From NCBI RefSeq assembly GCF_006345805.1, contig NC_042997.1, positions 5,270,001 to 5,334,000 on the forward strand: a stretch of DNA of 64,000 bases. Direction: 5' to 3'. The DNA comes from Octopus sinensis (taxonomy: Eukaryota). Below, one piece after another: positions 25,275 through 38,270 of the stretch. The position numbers and the translations under genes are program-made. Positions within the stretch are counted from its first letter, which is position 1. Each line of letters begins with the position of its first letter. Under the pieces are notes generated by a model. It was not told the DNA's origin, made no database searches, and was given only the letters and a program-made list of their open reading frames with translations.

Positions 25275-25777
25275 AATTTCTTAATTTGGATTTGGAAACA
25301 CTAAAAAAAGGAACTTTACCTATCAGCGAACTTGTCGCTTCAGATGAACCACTCCAACTAAACAGTGTCAACAAATTCAAAATGCGCAGGCGTAAAATTC
25401 TGCACTCCCCATTCCACCCACGCGGTCAATCTAGCAAACATTATATTTTAACCACGAGAACCGAGGCAGTATGACCGAGTGAAATGAATTATAATATCAA
25501 CAATTGAGGGTAAAATTAATTAATTAATCAATTTCACCAAGTGTTCAGTATGTAAAAGGACCATTTAAGGCGAATTCAAAATATTACATTATATAATTAG
25601 GGCTTAGTAAAATAAATTACTTTGCCACATACTGAACTTAGTAGAAATAGCACCCCAAAAAAATTTTTCTTAGCATTTCTACTACTTAAAGAAAATTTCT
25701 CTCAGATAATGTTTACTCCAGACAGCTCACGAAGGTTTGGGGGTAAATACAGAAAAATATCACAAGTACATAGATCG

Positions 25778-25840
25778 TTTGAGTACGTCAACGTTTCAAG
25801 ATTAGCCAAATAAAATCAGCATTTCTTTCGTCAGCTCAAA
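25778..25840 (-). ncRNA. Hammerhead ribozyme motif, family J, copy 2
   Basis: Identical to 25844-25906(+) on the opposite strand. Confidence 0.82.
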
Positions 25841-25843
25841 ATT

Positions 25844-25906
25844 TTTGAGCTGACGAAAGAAATGCTGATTTTATTTGGCTAATCTTGAAACGTTGACGTA
25901 CTCAAA
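25844..25906 (+). ncRNA. Hammerhead ribozyme motif, family J, copy 3
   Basis: TTTGAG-CTGACGA-AAGA(aatgctgattttatttggctaa)TCTT-GAA-ACGT/TG/ACGT-A-CTCAAA: 6-bp stem I, fully canonical core, GUA triplet with predicted cleavage after 25900. Confidence 0.85.
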
Positions 25907-26100
25907 CGATCTATGTACTTGTGATATTTTTCTGTATTTACCCCCAAACCTTCGTGAGCTGTCTGGAGTAAACATTATCTGAGATAAATTTTCTTTAAGT
26001 AGTAGAAATGCTAAGAAAATTTTTTGGGGCTGCTATTTCTACTAAGTTCAGTATGTGGCAAAGTAATTTATTTTACTAAGCCCTAATTATATAATGTAAT

Positions 26101-26150
<50 letters not shown>

Positions 26151-26822
26151 ATACACACATTTGCCGGCGTTTGTTTTCTTTGGAAACAATTGAAAATGTT
26201 ACATTTCAGAAAGATATGTTGTACACACTTATGTATGCATGCATGAATGTTTATATTTTTTGCATATATGTTTCTTTTATCACTTTATATATCCATTTAG
26301 CTATTTAACTATCTACTTACACGCATACGTTCACATATTTATACATATTGATATATAAATATACGTATGTATGTATATTTGTATCTGTGTATGTACGTAC
26401 ATACGTATGTATGAATGCATGCATGCATGTATGTACATTGAATTTCCTAAAATATATCCAGTGCAGGTTTTAATGGAAAGAAATGTGCCTGAATATTTTA
26501 AATTAGAACTATGTATTCCTATATTGTATCACTATTTATTTGCCAATAGGTTTCTTTTACACACGTTTCTTCGTGCTTGCATATGTGTGTCTCCTTGCTT
26601 TTGCCTACTTGTGTGCTGTGAATGATTGCTATTTGTGCAGTGTGCTTGATTGTATATTTGAAAGATTAATAAATTTATACAGCACGCATTCTTATGACAA
26701 GATATATTTTTGAATATTGAAGATGTGAAGCGTGCTTAAATATTGGATAACTTTTTCTACGTGTGTCTTTGTATCTTGTTTTCTAAGAAATACCCAAAGA
26801 TATATGTATGTATATGTATACG

Positions 26823-26878
<56 letters not shown>

Positions 26879-26882
26879 TATA

Positions 26883-26915
<33 letters not shown>

Positions 26916-26919
26916 ATAT

Positions 26920-27090
26920 AGGGAGAATTCACCAAAACTAAAAGGCGAAGACACGTGACGTAGACAACAAACAGTTGTATTAGTTTAACCCTCGGGAACT
27001 GAAAAATTCTTTATTGCTTCGATCCTACGCTCTTCCACAGAAAGGAACACAGAAAGAAACAGGGAGAGATATTTAAAGAGTAAACAAACA
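26920..27090 (-). mobile_element. Penelope pLTR-like fragment, family B, with degenerate HHR-like motif at 27009-27044
   Basis: Minus strand CTTT-CTGTGGA-A-GAGC/GTAG/GATC-GAAGCAAT-AAAG; homologous to 52985-53178(+). Confidence 0.6.
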
Positions 27091-27101
27091 CACACATATA
27101 A

Positions 27102-27124
<23 letters not shown>

Positions 27125-27145
<21 letters not shown>

Positions 27146-27295
27146 TTATCCCAATCATCAGCGCTTGGCAACCGATGTTGGTGAGTTTACATCCCCGTAA
27201 CTTAGCAGTTCGGCCAAATAAACCGAGAGAATAAGTACTAGGCTTTTTTCGACTGAAACATCTTTAAATCAGTAGTCTATCATGGCCGCAATACA
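27125..27295 (+). mobile_element. tRNA-derived SINE, 3' half only
   Basis: caaccgatgttggtgagtttacatccccgtaacttagcagttcggc..gaataagtacta..catggccgca aligns to the 3' half of the 29059-29450 SINE. Confidence 0.7.
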
Positions 27296-28060
27296 TCACT
27301 ATGTACACATATTACAATCGTTTAACATCTGAGACGGAGGCTCGTCTCATCTCATAATGTAATCAATCTACGAATATTATTCTGGACCACCGAGCTCCCA
27401 GCAATAGCTGTTGGATTTGTAATTCTTTTCCTTCACCTCTTTAATTCTCTGTATCATTTGTACTCGGTGAAATTAGGACCTTTTTACATGCACGTGTATT
27501 TAATGTACTTTAGATATTCATCTGTCTAATTTGTTTATCACTATATAATTGTATCGTATGAAATGTGATTCGAGCTCGAATCAGGACCTACAGACATGTA
27601 ACTAAATGCTAAAACACAACATACTGTCATTGAACTCTTTTACGTATTGCACAAAATAAATTAGATATACTGAAGAATTGTATGTGATGTAAAAGAAACC
27701 ACCGCTTTCTCTCAATTCCTGTTTTGTCTTTTCATCTTTATGGTACACAGCCATCATATATGTTCATCTAAATTCAATATTCTGATGTTCCATAATTAAA
27801 TGTATACTTTACAATACACGTTTCTCATTAAATATTTTACTTACAATTCTCTGTCGAAGAATATATCTATATTTTCTCTCTTTGTCCATTGTTCTTTCTC
27901 TTGTTTCTCTCTTGTTCCTTTTAAATTTATTGTATTTTTACAAACAATTTGTTTCGAAAATTGATTGCTACATTTCAGTGTGAGGACTACAACACATATT
28001 TCAATTATTGCATCACGCAAAGTAGTATGGTTTGTATTATTGTACACATAGATACATACA

Positions 28061-28206
<146 letters not shown>

Positions 28207-29058
28207 GTATGCATGTATGTGTGCGCTTGTGTGTGCATGTGTGAATATGTGTGTGTTTGCATATGTTATATATGATAGCGTGCTTGTATGCACGTCTGTG
28301 TATGTATACGCTTGCATACATACATGTGTGTATGCGTGCGAGAATTTCACGATATCATTCTAATTTCAGATGAAAGTAATGTTGTTAGTATTGCCAATGT
28401 TTGAAATTTGTGAGACATGCTAATAACACTGCAACAAGTAAGTTGAAAGTGAGATTTGCAGAATAGACGATTAACATTGAATTTATTATGCATATAACGA
28501 AAGATACTGAAAATTACGTTGCTTCTCTCTCAATGAAATCGTCATCCATTTATGAAGAAAGCATAGTAGTAAGCTCTCAGAGTAATTATTATTTTGCAAC
28601 TGTTCCAAAGTGTCCTTAAGTGATATGTCCAATTATTTCTGGGTGTAGTGTGAAGTAATATTATAGTTTTTTTTGTTTTCTTTTATTTAATAATATTGAG
28701 CTAGTGCAACTAAGACCATACGTTAGGTTTTCATTATTAACTTTTATATCATTGACCATTCTTGGCTCTCGTTGTGGTTTCTCTTCCTTAGTATGAGTGA
28801 TATATATTAAAGGGTATTTGTAATAATGTTTTCTTCATACAATTCTTTTCTTTAGTACTTTTAGGTTCTCAGTTTTTAATTAGTTTACTTTTATAACATT
28901 ATTTTATAATTTTTATCGATTGTAATTGTATCTCTCAAAACAGTTAATTTCTAATTTGTGGTTTACTGACACGTTGTACATTCTACTCCTTGCACAGAAA
29001 ATCGTTTCGTTCTTCAATTGCCAATATTACTAATTTATAGGTATTCTAAATTACTACT

Positions 29059-29450
29059 TACTCTTTTACTCTTTTACTTGTTTCAGTCATTTGGCTGCGG
29101 CCATGCTGGAGCAACGCCTTTAGTCGAGCAAATCAACCCCGGGACCTATTCTTTGTAAGCCCAGTACTTATTCTATCGGTCTGTTTGCCGAAACCGCTAA
29201 GTGACGGGGACGTAAACACACCAGCATCGGTTGTCAAGCAATGCTAGGGGGACAAACACACACACATACACATATATACATATATATACATATATACGAC
29301 AGGGTTCATTCAGTTTTCGTCTACCAAATCCACTCACAAGGCATTGGTCGGCCCGGGGCTATAGCAGAAAACACTTGCCCAAGATGCCACGCAGTGGGAC
29401 TGAACCCGGAACCATGTGGTTGGTTAGCAAGCTACTTACCACACAGCTAC
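29059..29450 (-). mobile_element. tRNA-derived SINE, near full length and little diverged
   Basis: Minus strand gtagctgtgtggtaagtagc (A box) ..ggttcagtccc (B box-like), central body with a TA/TG microsatellite, tail ccagcatggccgcagccaaatgactgaaacaagtaaaagagtaaaagagt. Confidence 0.85.
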
Positions 29451-30142
29451 GAATTTTCTTTTCGTATTTTTCTTTATTTCAGAATTCGTATGTTAAGTTT
29501 TAAGGTTATGCTTCTGAAATCTTCTTTCTAATTTCGAACTTTATCATTTGGTTGAGAAGGTTATATATATGTTTATCTTTCCGCAAGGGATTTCAAACCT
29601 GGAAAATTTATATTAGTCATTCAATATTCTTCTTTCAGTCATATCCATCATATTCTATGATTTAATATACACATATCTGACAGGTTATATATGTGTTGTT
29701 TTATTACTTACCATATCTTTTATGATAACTGTTATTGTGTTCGTATGTGTGTGTGTGTGTGTGTAATGGCTATATTTATGTGCTTCATTTTATTACATGA
29801 TTGAATGTAAATGTGTACCATTAGAATATAGTGTTTCAGTTTGCTCTTCTCTATTGTATTGCAAGTACTATATATAAAACCAGTGCGGTGCCTGGGAGCA
29901 ATATATATTCCCTGGCTCAATTGTATGCAGGACTTTCAAAACTGAAAGGAACACAACTCCGATGAATCAAGATAATAATGAAAGGCAATTCTATATCACG
30001 ATGAAACTTCCATGCACCGCAAACAATTCACACAAACGTCAAAAGATACTCATCAGATTGTAAGGATGTAAATCGTGCGTAATTTATAGACAAATTCGTA
30101 ATAGCAACCACATTAATAATATTCATAATAATAATGATAATA

Positions 30143-30238
<96 letters not shown>

Positions 30239-30284
30239 TAATAATAATATAATAATAATAATAAGATATAGTTGTCAGAGATCA

Positions 30285-30649
30285 TGAAGAAAAAAAATGC
30301 TTTCTAATTGATGTATCAATACCGGCAGATGACAGGAGAAACTCTCAAAATACAAAGACCTGGAAATAGAGGTAACTAGAATGTGGAACCTGAAAACAGA
30401 AACAATTCCTATCATAGTATGTGCATTAGGCTGATAAAAAAATATTCAGACAAATACATAACAAAAACACCAGGACTTACAAACACATATACATACAGAA
30501 AATTGCACTACTAGGCACTGCACACATCCTACGCAGAACACTTTCCATACAATAACCATCACAGCATCACAACAAATCACAGCACATACCCAAGGCACAC
30601 AGAGCTGCGCTCGGTAGTGAAGTGAAAGCACGCTATAAAAATAAAACTA

Positions 30650-30655
<6 letters not shown>
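30285..30655 (+). mobile_element. R4/Dong-like LINE, 3' end (RLE C-terminus plus UTR) between (AAT)n tracts
   Basis: KCFLIDVSIPAD..KYKDLEIEVTRMWNLKTETIPIIVCALG; followed directly by (AAT)n at 30655-30800. Confidence 0.8.
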
Positions 30656-30720
<65 letters not shown>

Positions 30721-30730
30721 TAATGATAAT

Positions 30731-30800
<70 letters not shown>

Positions 30801-30814
30801 GACTAAACTGTACA

Positions 30815-32597
30815 TAGAGACTGCAAGAGGAGGAAAAGTAACTTACCAATGTCATGTATCAACTATCGTGAGGAGTACGATGTGATCCCACACTCTTCGA
30901 TTATGGAGTGTATTAACCTATTTGGTATTGCTTCGAATGTTGAGCGATTGCTTGCAAAAATATGGCGAATTGGAGGACGGACATGACAGCATACGGAAGA
31001 AGTTTAGGGACAATAGAAATTAGGAGAGGCATCTTCCAAGGTGAGTGGCTGGCCCCACTGATCTTTGTAGTGTGCTTGATACCACTAAAAGTGACTCTGA
31101 GGAAAGCAAAAGCTGGTTAGTTTTCAAACTCTATGGTAAAGATGCAGCCCAAGCCAGTTTCATCGTTGATACGGGGCATACATTCAGTTCTGATATCAGA
31201 ATAGAGTTCGGACTGAGAAAGCTTGGCATGTTTGACTTGAAGAGAGGCAAAATAAAATGTATGGACGGGCAAACGATACCGTCGGGTGAGCTTATGAAGC
31301 AGATAGAAGAGACCTGTAATAAGTACTTGGGTATTTTGGAAATGGATAAATTGATGGAGAAGGTAATGAAAGAAAAATTTAAGGTGGAGTACTTGTGCAG
31401 ACCGAGACTGATACTCAAGTCGAAATTTAATGGATGGAATAAGATCGGAGCTATCAACACCTGGGTAGTTTCATTTCTTAGATACGGAGCAGGGAAAATC
31501 GCATGGACAATAGACGAAATGAACAGCTCAAACAGAAAACAAAGAAGTTGCTAACTAGATATGGGTCACTCCACCCCAAAGTGACACAGACAGACTGTAT
31601 GCCCAAGAAAAAGAAGAGAAGAGGGCTAATAAGATGCGAACACAGCATTAGAGCAGAAGAAAAGAACATAGCATGGTATGTACAAAATTCCACAGAACTG
31701 CTAAGTAACAAGGCTAGGCTTGTATAGGATGAAAGATTGCAAAGAAAAGGCACTCTACAAGAAATTGAAAACGAATGAAACTGAAAATAGGTGGGTAAAG
31801 AAACGAATAGATGGTCAATTTCATAGGGTTGTTGGAGATAAGACTAACAGAGAAAAAGGATGGCTGTGGATGACTAAAAGTGATTTGAAACCGGAAAAGA
31901 TGTTCTAATCTGTGCTGCCCAAGAGGAAGCACTAAGAACAAACTACATGAAATACAAGGTAGACAAAACAGCAGCAAGTGAAAAGTTCAGAATCTGTGGA
32001 CAAAACGGTGAAACCCCATGGCATATTACCAGCCAATGTACACCACTAGTCCAGAAGGAATATGTGAGATGCCGCGACATTATGGAAACTTTGCAACAAA
32101 TATGGATTTGCAAACAAAAATTGGTACGATCACAAACCTGAAGGCATCGTCGAAAATAGGAATGCAAAATCCGGTGGGATTTTATGATTCAGTGCGTCCA
32201 AAGAGATAGGGAGTAGGAAGCCGGATATAGTATTAATTGAGAAAGAAACAAACTCACTGCATCATAGCATTCCCACCTGACAACAATGCATGTGATAAGG
32301 CAGAAAGAAAAGTCGAGAGATATGACAGGTTAGCCTAGGAAGTTAAGCAGCTGTGGTTGATGAAAAAGGTTATAGAAGTACCAATAATTGTCGAGGGTCT
32401 GGGAAGAGTGAGCGAAAATCGCGAAAGTAAGTGGAATAAATCGGGGCTACAATAAGGGTGGAGCACTTGCAGAAAAAGTACTGCTGGGAAGTGCTCGAAT
32501 ACTCCTGAAAGTGCTCGAAAAATAAGTGTTATCTTAGTTCACTGGTAATGAACAGCTGACGCTGTAGTACAGCTCCAGCGTTAGAAGCTGTGCAAAT
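30815..32597 (+). mobile_element. R4/Dong-like LINE, 5'-truncated (RT, zinc knuckle, RLE) with (AAT)n tail
   Basis: GIFQGEWLAPLIF; KFNGWNKIGAINTWVVSFLRYGAG; AAQEEALRTNY..RICGQNGETPWHITSQC; KPDIVLIEK; tail (AAT)n at 32597-32700. Confidence 0.88.
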
Positions 32598-32645
32598 AAT
32601 AATAATAATAATAAAGATAATAATAATAAAATAATAATAATAATA

Positions 32646-32702
<57 letters not shown>

Positions 32703-33603
32703 ATCCAGCCGCTGTCATGTCCACAACGTGTTCTTCGCTGCTCTGACGAGTCAGCATCTGGAGATGCGGGAACACTACTACAAATCCAGCAGGACAACTA
32801 AAAAATAACTCGCACAGTCTGGAATATCTACAATTTCCCGTGAGTATTTTGAATTTCCCTCAAAATAATTTAAGAGGCATATCTACAGTTTTCGAACACG
32901 TAAACGATCAGCTTTAAAACCTTAATATCTAAAACTTCTGTGAATACTTATCATTTCCTCTCTCACTGAGAATTCGAAAATGTAAACATCCTCTTTGTTC
33001 CAAGAACACTACAGTTTTCTCTGTTCTGACAGACAGAAGATTATCTCCAGTAAATTTTGAAACATTAATATCTACAATTTTCTGTTAAAAATCTTACCTT
33101 CCTTGTCTTTCCTTTCCTTTCTCCCTGAGTATTCGAAAATGTAAACATTCTTTGTATTGCAAAAACACTACAGTCTTCTCTGAACGGATATACAAACGAA
33201 CATCACTAAAAAGAAGTTAGAATCTTTAATATCTCCAATTTTCTGTGAACAGTTGACCTTTATTTCTTACATGACTACCTGAATATGTAAACATGCCTAT
33301 AATTGTAACAACACAATTAAATGTATGAAAAAAACAACAAAAAAAAATTAAGGAGTTAAGAACCTGCTAATATATACATACTGCACAACGACAAAAACTA
33401 TAAACCACAGCAAATCGTTTAAAAAGAAACGAAAAATTCCAAAAGAAAAAGAAATTCAGAAATTCAAAAATTCAACAATAACGTCTCTTCCTCCTGTTCC
33501 CAAAGACTAGAATATCTACAATTCCCTGCGAATATTTAAAATCTCACTCAAAATAAATTTACATTATTTACATTTGACGGGTATTTGTCCTCACTTGTTG
33601 ATA

Positions 33604-33647
33604 ACAGAACGTTTCGGGTGATATACCCTCCAGGCTTCATCTGGTGT
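33604..33647 (-). ncRNA. Hammerhead-like motif, family C, degenerate copy
   Basis: ACAC-CAGATGA-A-GCCTG/../CACCC-GAA-ACGT-T-CTGT. Confidence 0.6.
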
Positions 33648-33812
33648 CTTGGGGAAATTTCGAACCCGGGTTCTCACTCTTAAGGTACTTTTCGATGTTA
33701 TTATTATTATCATTATTATTATCCTTATTGCTGTTGTTGTTGTTGTTGTTGTTGTTTTTCTTCTTCTTCTTCTTCTTCTTCTCTTCTTCTTCTTCTTCTT
33801 CTTCTTCTTCTT

Positions 33813-33843
<31 letters not shown>

Positions 33844-33856
33844 TTATTATTATTAT

Positions 33857-33929
33857 GGTCACTGCCCGGAATCGAACTCGGAATCCTAAGATTAGTAGCC
33901 CGCGCTCTTAACCACAACGCCATATGCCC
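33857..33929 (-). promoter_or_regulatory. tRNA-like Pol III type-2 head (A box and B box)
   Basis: GGGCATATGGCGTTGTGGTTAAGAGCGCGGGCTACTAATCTTAGGATTCCGAGTTCGATTCCGGGCAGTGACC: A box TGGCGTTGTGG, B box GAGTTCGATTCC, 7-nt loop CTACTAA; the acceptor stem does not pair, so not a functional tRNA. Confidence 0.75.
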
Positions 33930-33981
33930 CAGGATTCCGCTACTAAACCCAATATTCCGAGTGCGATTCCAGGCAATGACA

Positions 33982-34054
<73 letters not shown>

Positions 34055-34122
34055 TGATAATTATAATAATAACATCGAAAAATGCATTAGGTTTGAGAAG
34101 TCAGGTTCGAAATTTTCCCAAT

Positions 34123-34166
34123 ACACCTGACGACGGCTGGATTATATATCAGCCGAAACATTGTGT
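34123..34166 (+). ncRNA. Hammerhead motif, family C
   Basis: ACAC-CTGACGA-C-GGCTG/GATTATATAT/CAGCC-GAA-ACAT-T-GTGT: stems I and II perfect; stem III ACAT is probably CpG decay of ACGT, which the sister copy retains. Confidence 0.78.
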
Positions 34167-35399
34167 TAACATCAATCAAAATGAGGACAAATGTACATAA
34201 CTCTGCATCTCTTACATATAGAATCCCTTAAAATAAGTTAGGAACCTTACATATCTACAGCTTTCGAACACAAACGACCAGCTTTCAAAAAAAAAAAACT
34301 TTAATATCTACAACTTCTGTGAATAACTATCCTTTCTACTCCACCGGTGTATTAGAAAATGTAAACATCCTCTTTATTCCAAGAACACTACAATTTTCTC
34401 TGGTCGGACAGACAAAAGATTATCTCTGGTAAATATCAAAACTTTAAATTTCTCCAATTTTCTGTTAATGTTTTTCTTCCATTTCATTATTTTCCTTTCT
34501 CCCTGGGTATTCGAAAATGGAAACATCCTTTGCATTGCAAGTATACGACTGACTACTCCAACTCAAAATACAAAGAAACATCTCAAGAAATCTTTAATAT
34601 TTCAATATATTATATTTTGTATGAAACATATCCCTGACTACCGAAATATGTATGCATAACTTATAATGTAACAACACAATTGAAGTCAGAAATTCGAAAA
34701 TTCAACCACGTATATATATATATATATATATATATATACGTAATTATTATCAATTTTGTTCAACCAGTAATTACATATAGAGCAAGTTGAATTACTTCTT
34801 GTCAAAGCCAAGTGCAGCACTGTTAGTGGTCGATCGTAGTAGTACACACATTTGACCTCTGCTGACACTAAGGGTGTGCATATTCTTTTGACTCTGTAGC
34901 TGACATCCCCATCATCTGCCGAATCTATTTATATACCTGTAGAATTTGATCTATTCACCAAGATACTAGTTTTCTCCCAACTGTTTCATCCAGTAAATAC
35001 GTATTTATGATTAACTCAATTCCAAGACAAAAGTTGAAAATAAACAACATTTAAGAAAATCTCATAATAATAAGTATAAATAGTAATAATGGTAATAATT
35101 GTAGCAGTGGTGGTGATGGTAATAATGTTAAAAATGAATATAATGGTAATATGCTGCATCTGTTCATACTACAACTACAACTATTCTGATAGCACAGGAA
35201 TCTGACACCCACCTGTGTAAACTCTGTTAATATAACAAGAATAAAAAGAATAAGATCAATAATATCAGTGATATCAGAGATAATAGAAAATATGATAATG
35301 AAAGGAAGCGAGAGGATCATCTCCATGTCCTGATTAATGACACATCTAGTGATGGTGTCAAAATAAAAGCACTGGTAATTGCACAACATGATAATTGTT

Positions 35400-37530
35400 A
35401 CATCATATGAGTGACAATGGGAAAAATATTGTGAATAACGGTGGTAATGAAACTGAAGACATTCATGGTAATAGTATTGTACCCGGCAGGCTCAGATATT
35501 TATTCTGGTCCGGCTCAAACCTGTCGATATCCAGAAAACGACCACCAAATACGGCATAGATTCAGGAAACAAATTAATGATGTGGTCATGGATTGTTACT
35601 ACTTGAGCAACCTGGTGCATGAAAATGGTGCTCAATCAGTTATTACCGAAAACGTCTGTATGACCATTGGAGAGAAAAGGTATCGTTTCAACTCACGGAA
35701 CAGAGACAATGTGATCAAGCTAGAACAATAAGAAAAAATCATTGGTTCACTGAATTAGAGCTTGAAGCTATCAAAGACAGGTCATGGAAAATACCAGCAG
35801 AGAAAACGATGAAAATGTAGTTCTAATAGAAGTAACCTCATAGCACAGGTAGGAGCTGATCCGAAAGAAGACAATAAATCTAATGGTGATATGAGAGATG
35901 AACAAAAGGCAATCTACGACAAAATAAAGGCATTTAATTAAGAGAACGATAGCGACATTATTTGCAAACTTTAAAAAGTTGATCGGTGGAAATTGAGCCA
36001 AGAAACGAAAATGTCAACGTCATTCTGAAATACATCAGAACAAACACCATCACAGAAACAAAATTTTGATCAAGGCAGCAAGTATTGTTGTACCAGAAAA
36101 TGCGGATGTTGTTCACAAGAAAAATAAATATAATGGGATTGACAGATCCATGGTGGAAAAGAAGACAAGTAGGGTTAGGTATACTCTCGAAGGAAATTTC
36201 TGACTTAGGCCGAAAAGAGAAAGGGGAGCTTAAAAGCGAACAAAAATACAGGGCTCTGAAAAGAAGTATAATATTGACAGAAAGGCCCTAAAATTAGTAA
36301 TGGAGGAACTGAAAAATCGCCTTGTTACGAAGAAAGCAAAGATGGTAAGATTCGACCAAAAATGAAGGGTCACCACCAGAATAGGTTATTCAGGGTAGAT
36401 CAGAATAGATTCTATAAAGAAATAAATGGAGAGTGTACATATGAAAAGTAGATAATGCATAACAATGAAAGTCAGATGTTTTGGAGTGATATCTGGAGCA
36501 AAAACAAGGAACACAAGAAGGATGTTGAATAGTTTCAAGAACTGAAACAAACAGTAGTCTGTCGCAAACAGACAGAGCTAGTAATTTAAGTTAGGGATGT
36601 GGACATCAGCAAAAATGTGAGAAACTGAAAGTCCCCGAGACTGGATGGAGTTCAAGGCTACTGGATCAAATGATTTGGTGAATGTCATGCACGAATAGCT
36701 GCGCAACTCAGCACCTTGTTAAATGCCAACCAAGCGTGGTTGACATTGGGTAGGACAGTGCTGTGCTAGAAAAAACACTGCAAAAGGCAATAGGGTAGAC
36801 AAATACAGGCCGATATCCTGTTTGTGGAAATTATTGACTGGAATGCTCGCAGAGTCAATGTATGAACATCTAGGAGAAAACGGAGTCCTGCAACATGAGC
36901 AGAAGTATTTCAGGCCTAACTACAGAGGTCTATCAACTGATAGACAAAACTGTACTTAGAGACTGCAAGAAGAGGGAAACTAACAGCCATGTCATGGATC
37001 GACTATCGTAAGGTGTACGATATGATTCCACACACTTGTATGATGGAATGTATGGACCTATTTGAGCGATTGCTTGGCAAAAGTATGGTGAACTGGAGGA
37101 CGGACATGACAGCATACGAAAGAAATTTAGGGACAGTAGAAATTAGGTGGGGCATCTTCCGTTGGGACTGCCTCTTCCCACTGATATTTTTACTGTGCTT
37201 CATACAACTAACACCGATTTTCAGGAAAGCAAATGCTGGGTATGTATTCAAAAGCCGCCAACAAAATGTCAACCATTTGTTATTGATGGATGACCTCAAA
37301 CTTTATGGTAAAGAGGAAGCCCAAATCAGTTCATACGGTGTATACTTTTAGTGCTTATATCAGAATAAATTTGGACTGAGAAAGTGTGGTGTGTTACTCT
37401 TGAAGAGAGGTAAAATCAAATGTATGGACGGGCTATCGATTCCACTTGGAGAGGTAGGGAAGCAGATAGAAGAGACGGCTGTAAATACTTGAGGATTTTG
37501 AAAATGAATAAACTGATGGAGAAATAAATG
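35400..37530 (+). mobile_element. R4/Dong-like LINE, N-terminal ORF region and RT, decayed and 3'-truncated
   Basis: [15 protein letters not shown]; [15 protein letters not shown]; SWIDYRKVYDMIPH; HLLLMDDLKLYGK; RT overlaps with, and is related to, the 30815 copy. Confidence 0.85.
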
Positions 37531-38214
37531 CTACGATGGTTTATATATCTTTAAATTCAATATTGCCTACTTGTCATAAATCTGTGTGGAATTAGTAAAT
37601 CTTACTGAATGGGTTTCTAGGAAGTCACTTTAAATTACTTTATCAACTACAAGAGTATGATATATCGTATTCCGTCTTCATTGAAGCGCAAACTATAAAT
37701 TATAGCCAGGTATTCTGATGATGTGAACCTTAAGAGAGCAACAACCTTTGACACGAAGCGGAAGACCGGATATGTAGCCAAAAATATTTTGTTAGCATAT
37801 TATATACATTCCATGTTTTAACTTAAATTTCACGTCATTCACTTTTCAGAGCAGGTGAAAATATGATTAGTGCAATGAAAACATTTATGTCGGAGCAGCA
37901 TTTCATGATATAAGATAATTACTTCCCTTGGAACAAACAAATATTAGTATTGTGTACATATCCCACATGCCACTGGGAACAATCATCAGTGAAAACAATT
38001 TTTTTTTTAAATCTTTGTTCACGAAGATTGTCAGTTTTCAAAAACTAAACAACTCTAAATCTATTCATTGCAGCAAATAAAGAATCTAATTAATTATTTA
38101 TTTCACCGTAATTTGACAGTTCTTCGAATATAATTCGCACTGACCACTGTTTGTAAAGGTGTTCAGTATTTGAAAATAATAAGGCATCAATGTCATTTAC
38201 ACACACACACAGAT

Positions 38215-38269
<55 letters not shown>

Positions 38270-38270
<1 letters not shown>

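Larger units (their letters stand above)
24931..26103. mobile_element. Tandem plus inverted pLTR-like array (direct repeat 24931-25274 / 25496-25842; near-perfect palindrome 25581-26103)
   Basis: atcaacaattgagggtaaaatt... repeated about 565 bp apart; the second copy folds back at cagctcaaaatttttgagctg (centre 25842) with arms of about 260 bp. Confidence 0.92.
33560..34215. mobile_element. Divergent inverted pair of tRNA-head / (AAT)n / HHR-tail units
   Basis: Minus unit: head 33929-33857, microsatellite 33856-33690, tail 33688-33560. Plus unit: partial head 33939-33983, (AAT)n 33984-34070, tail 34071-34215. The tails are homologous. Confidence 0.8.
32790..34700 (+). repeat. Two tandem units (about 700 bp) of an unclassified repeat; the second is interrupted at about 33560-34220
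   Basis: Unit starts gaatatctacaatttcccg at about 32822 and gaatatctacaattccctg at about 33510; the sequence resumes after 34220 with cccttaaaataagtt..tttcgaacac. Confidence 0.7.

Noticed and set aside
32735-32795. CTGACGAGTCAGCATC-TGGA-GATGC as a ribozyme at the start of the unclassified repeat
   Set aside because: A core-like heptamer and a 5-bp hairpin are present, but there is no GAAA, UH site or matching stem I.
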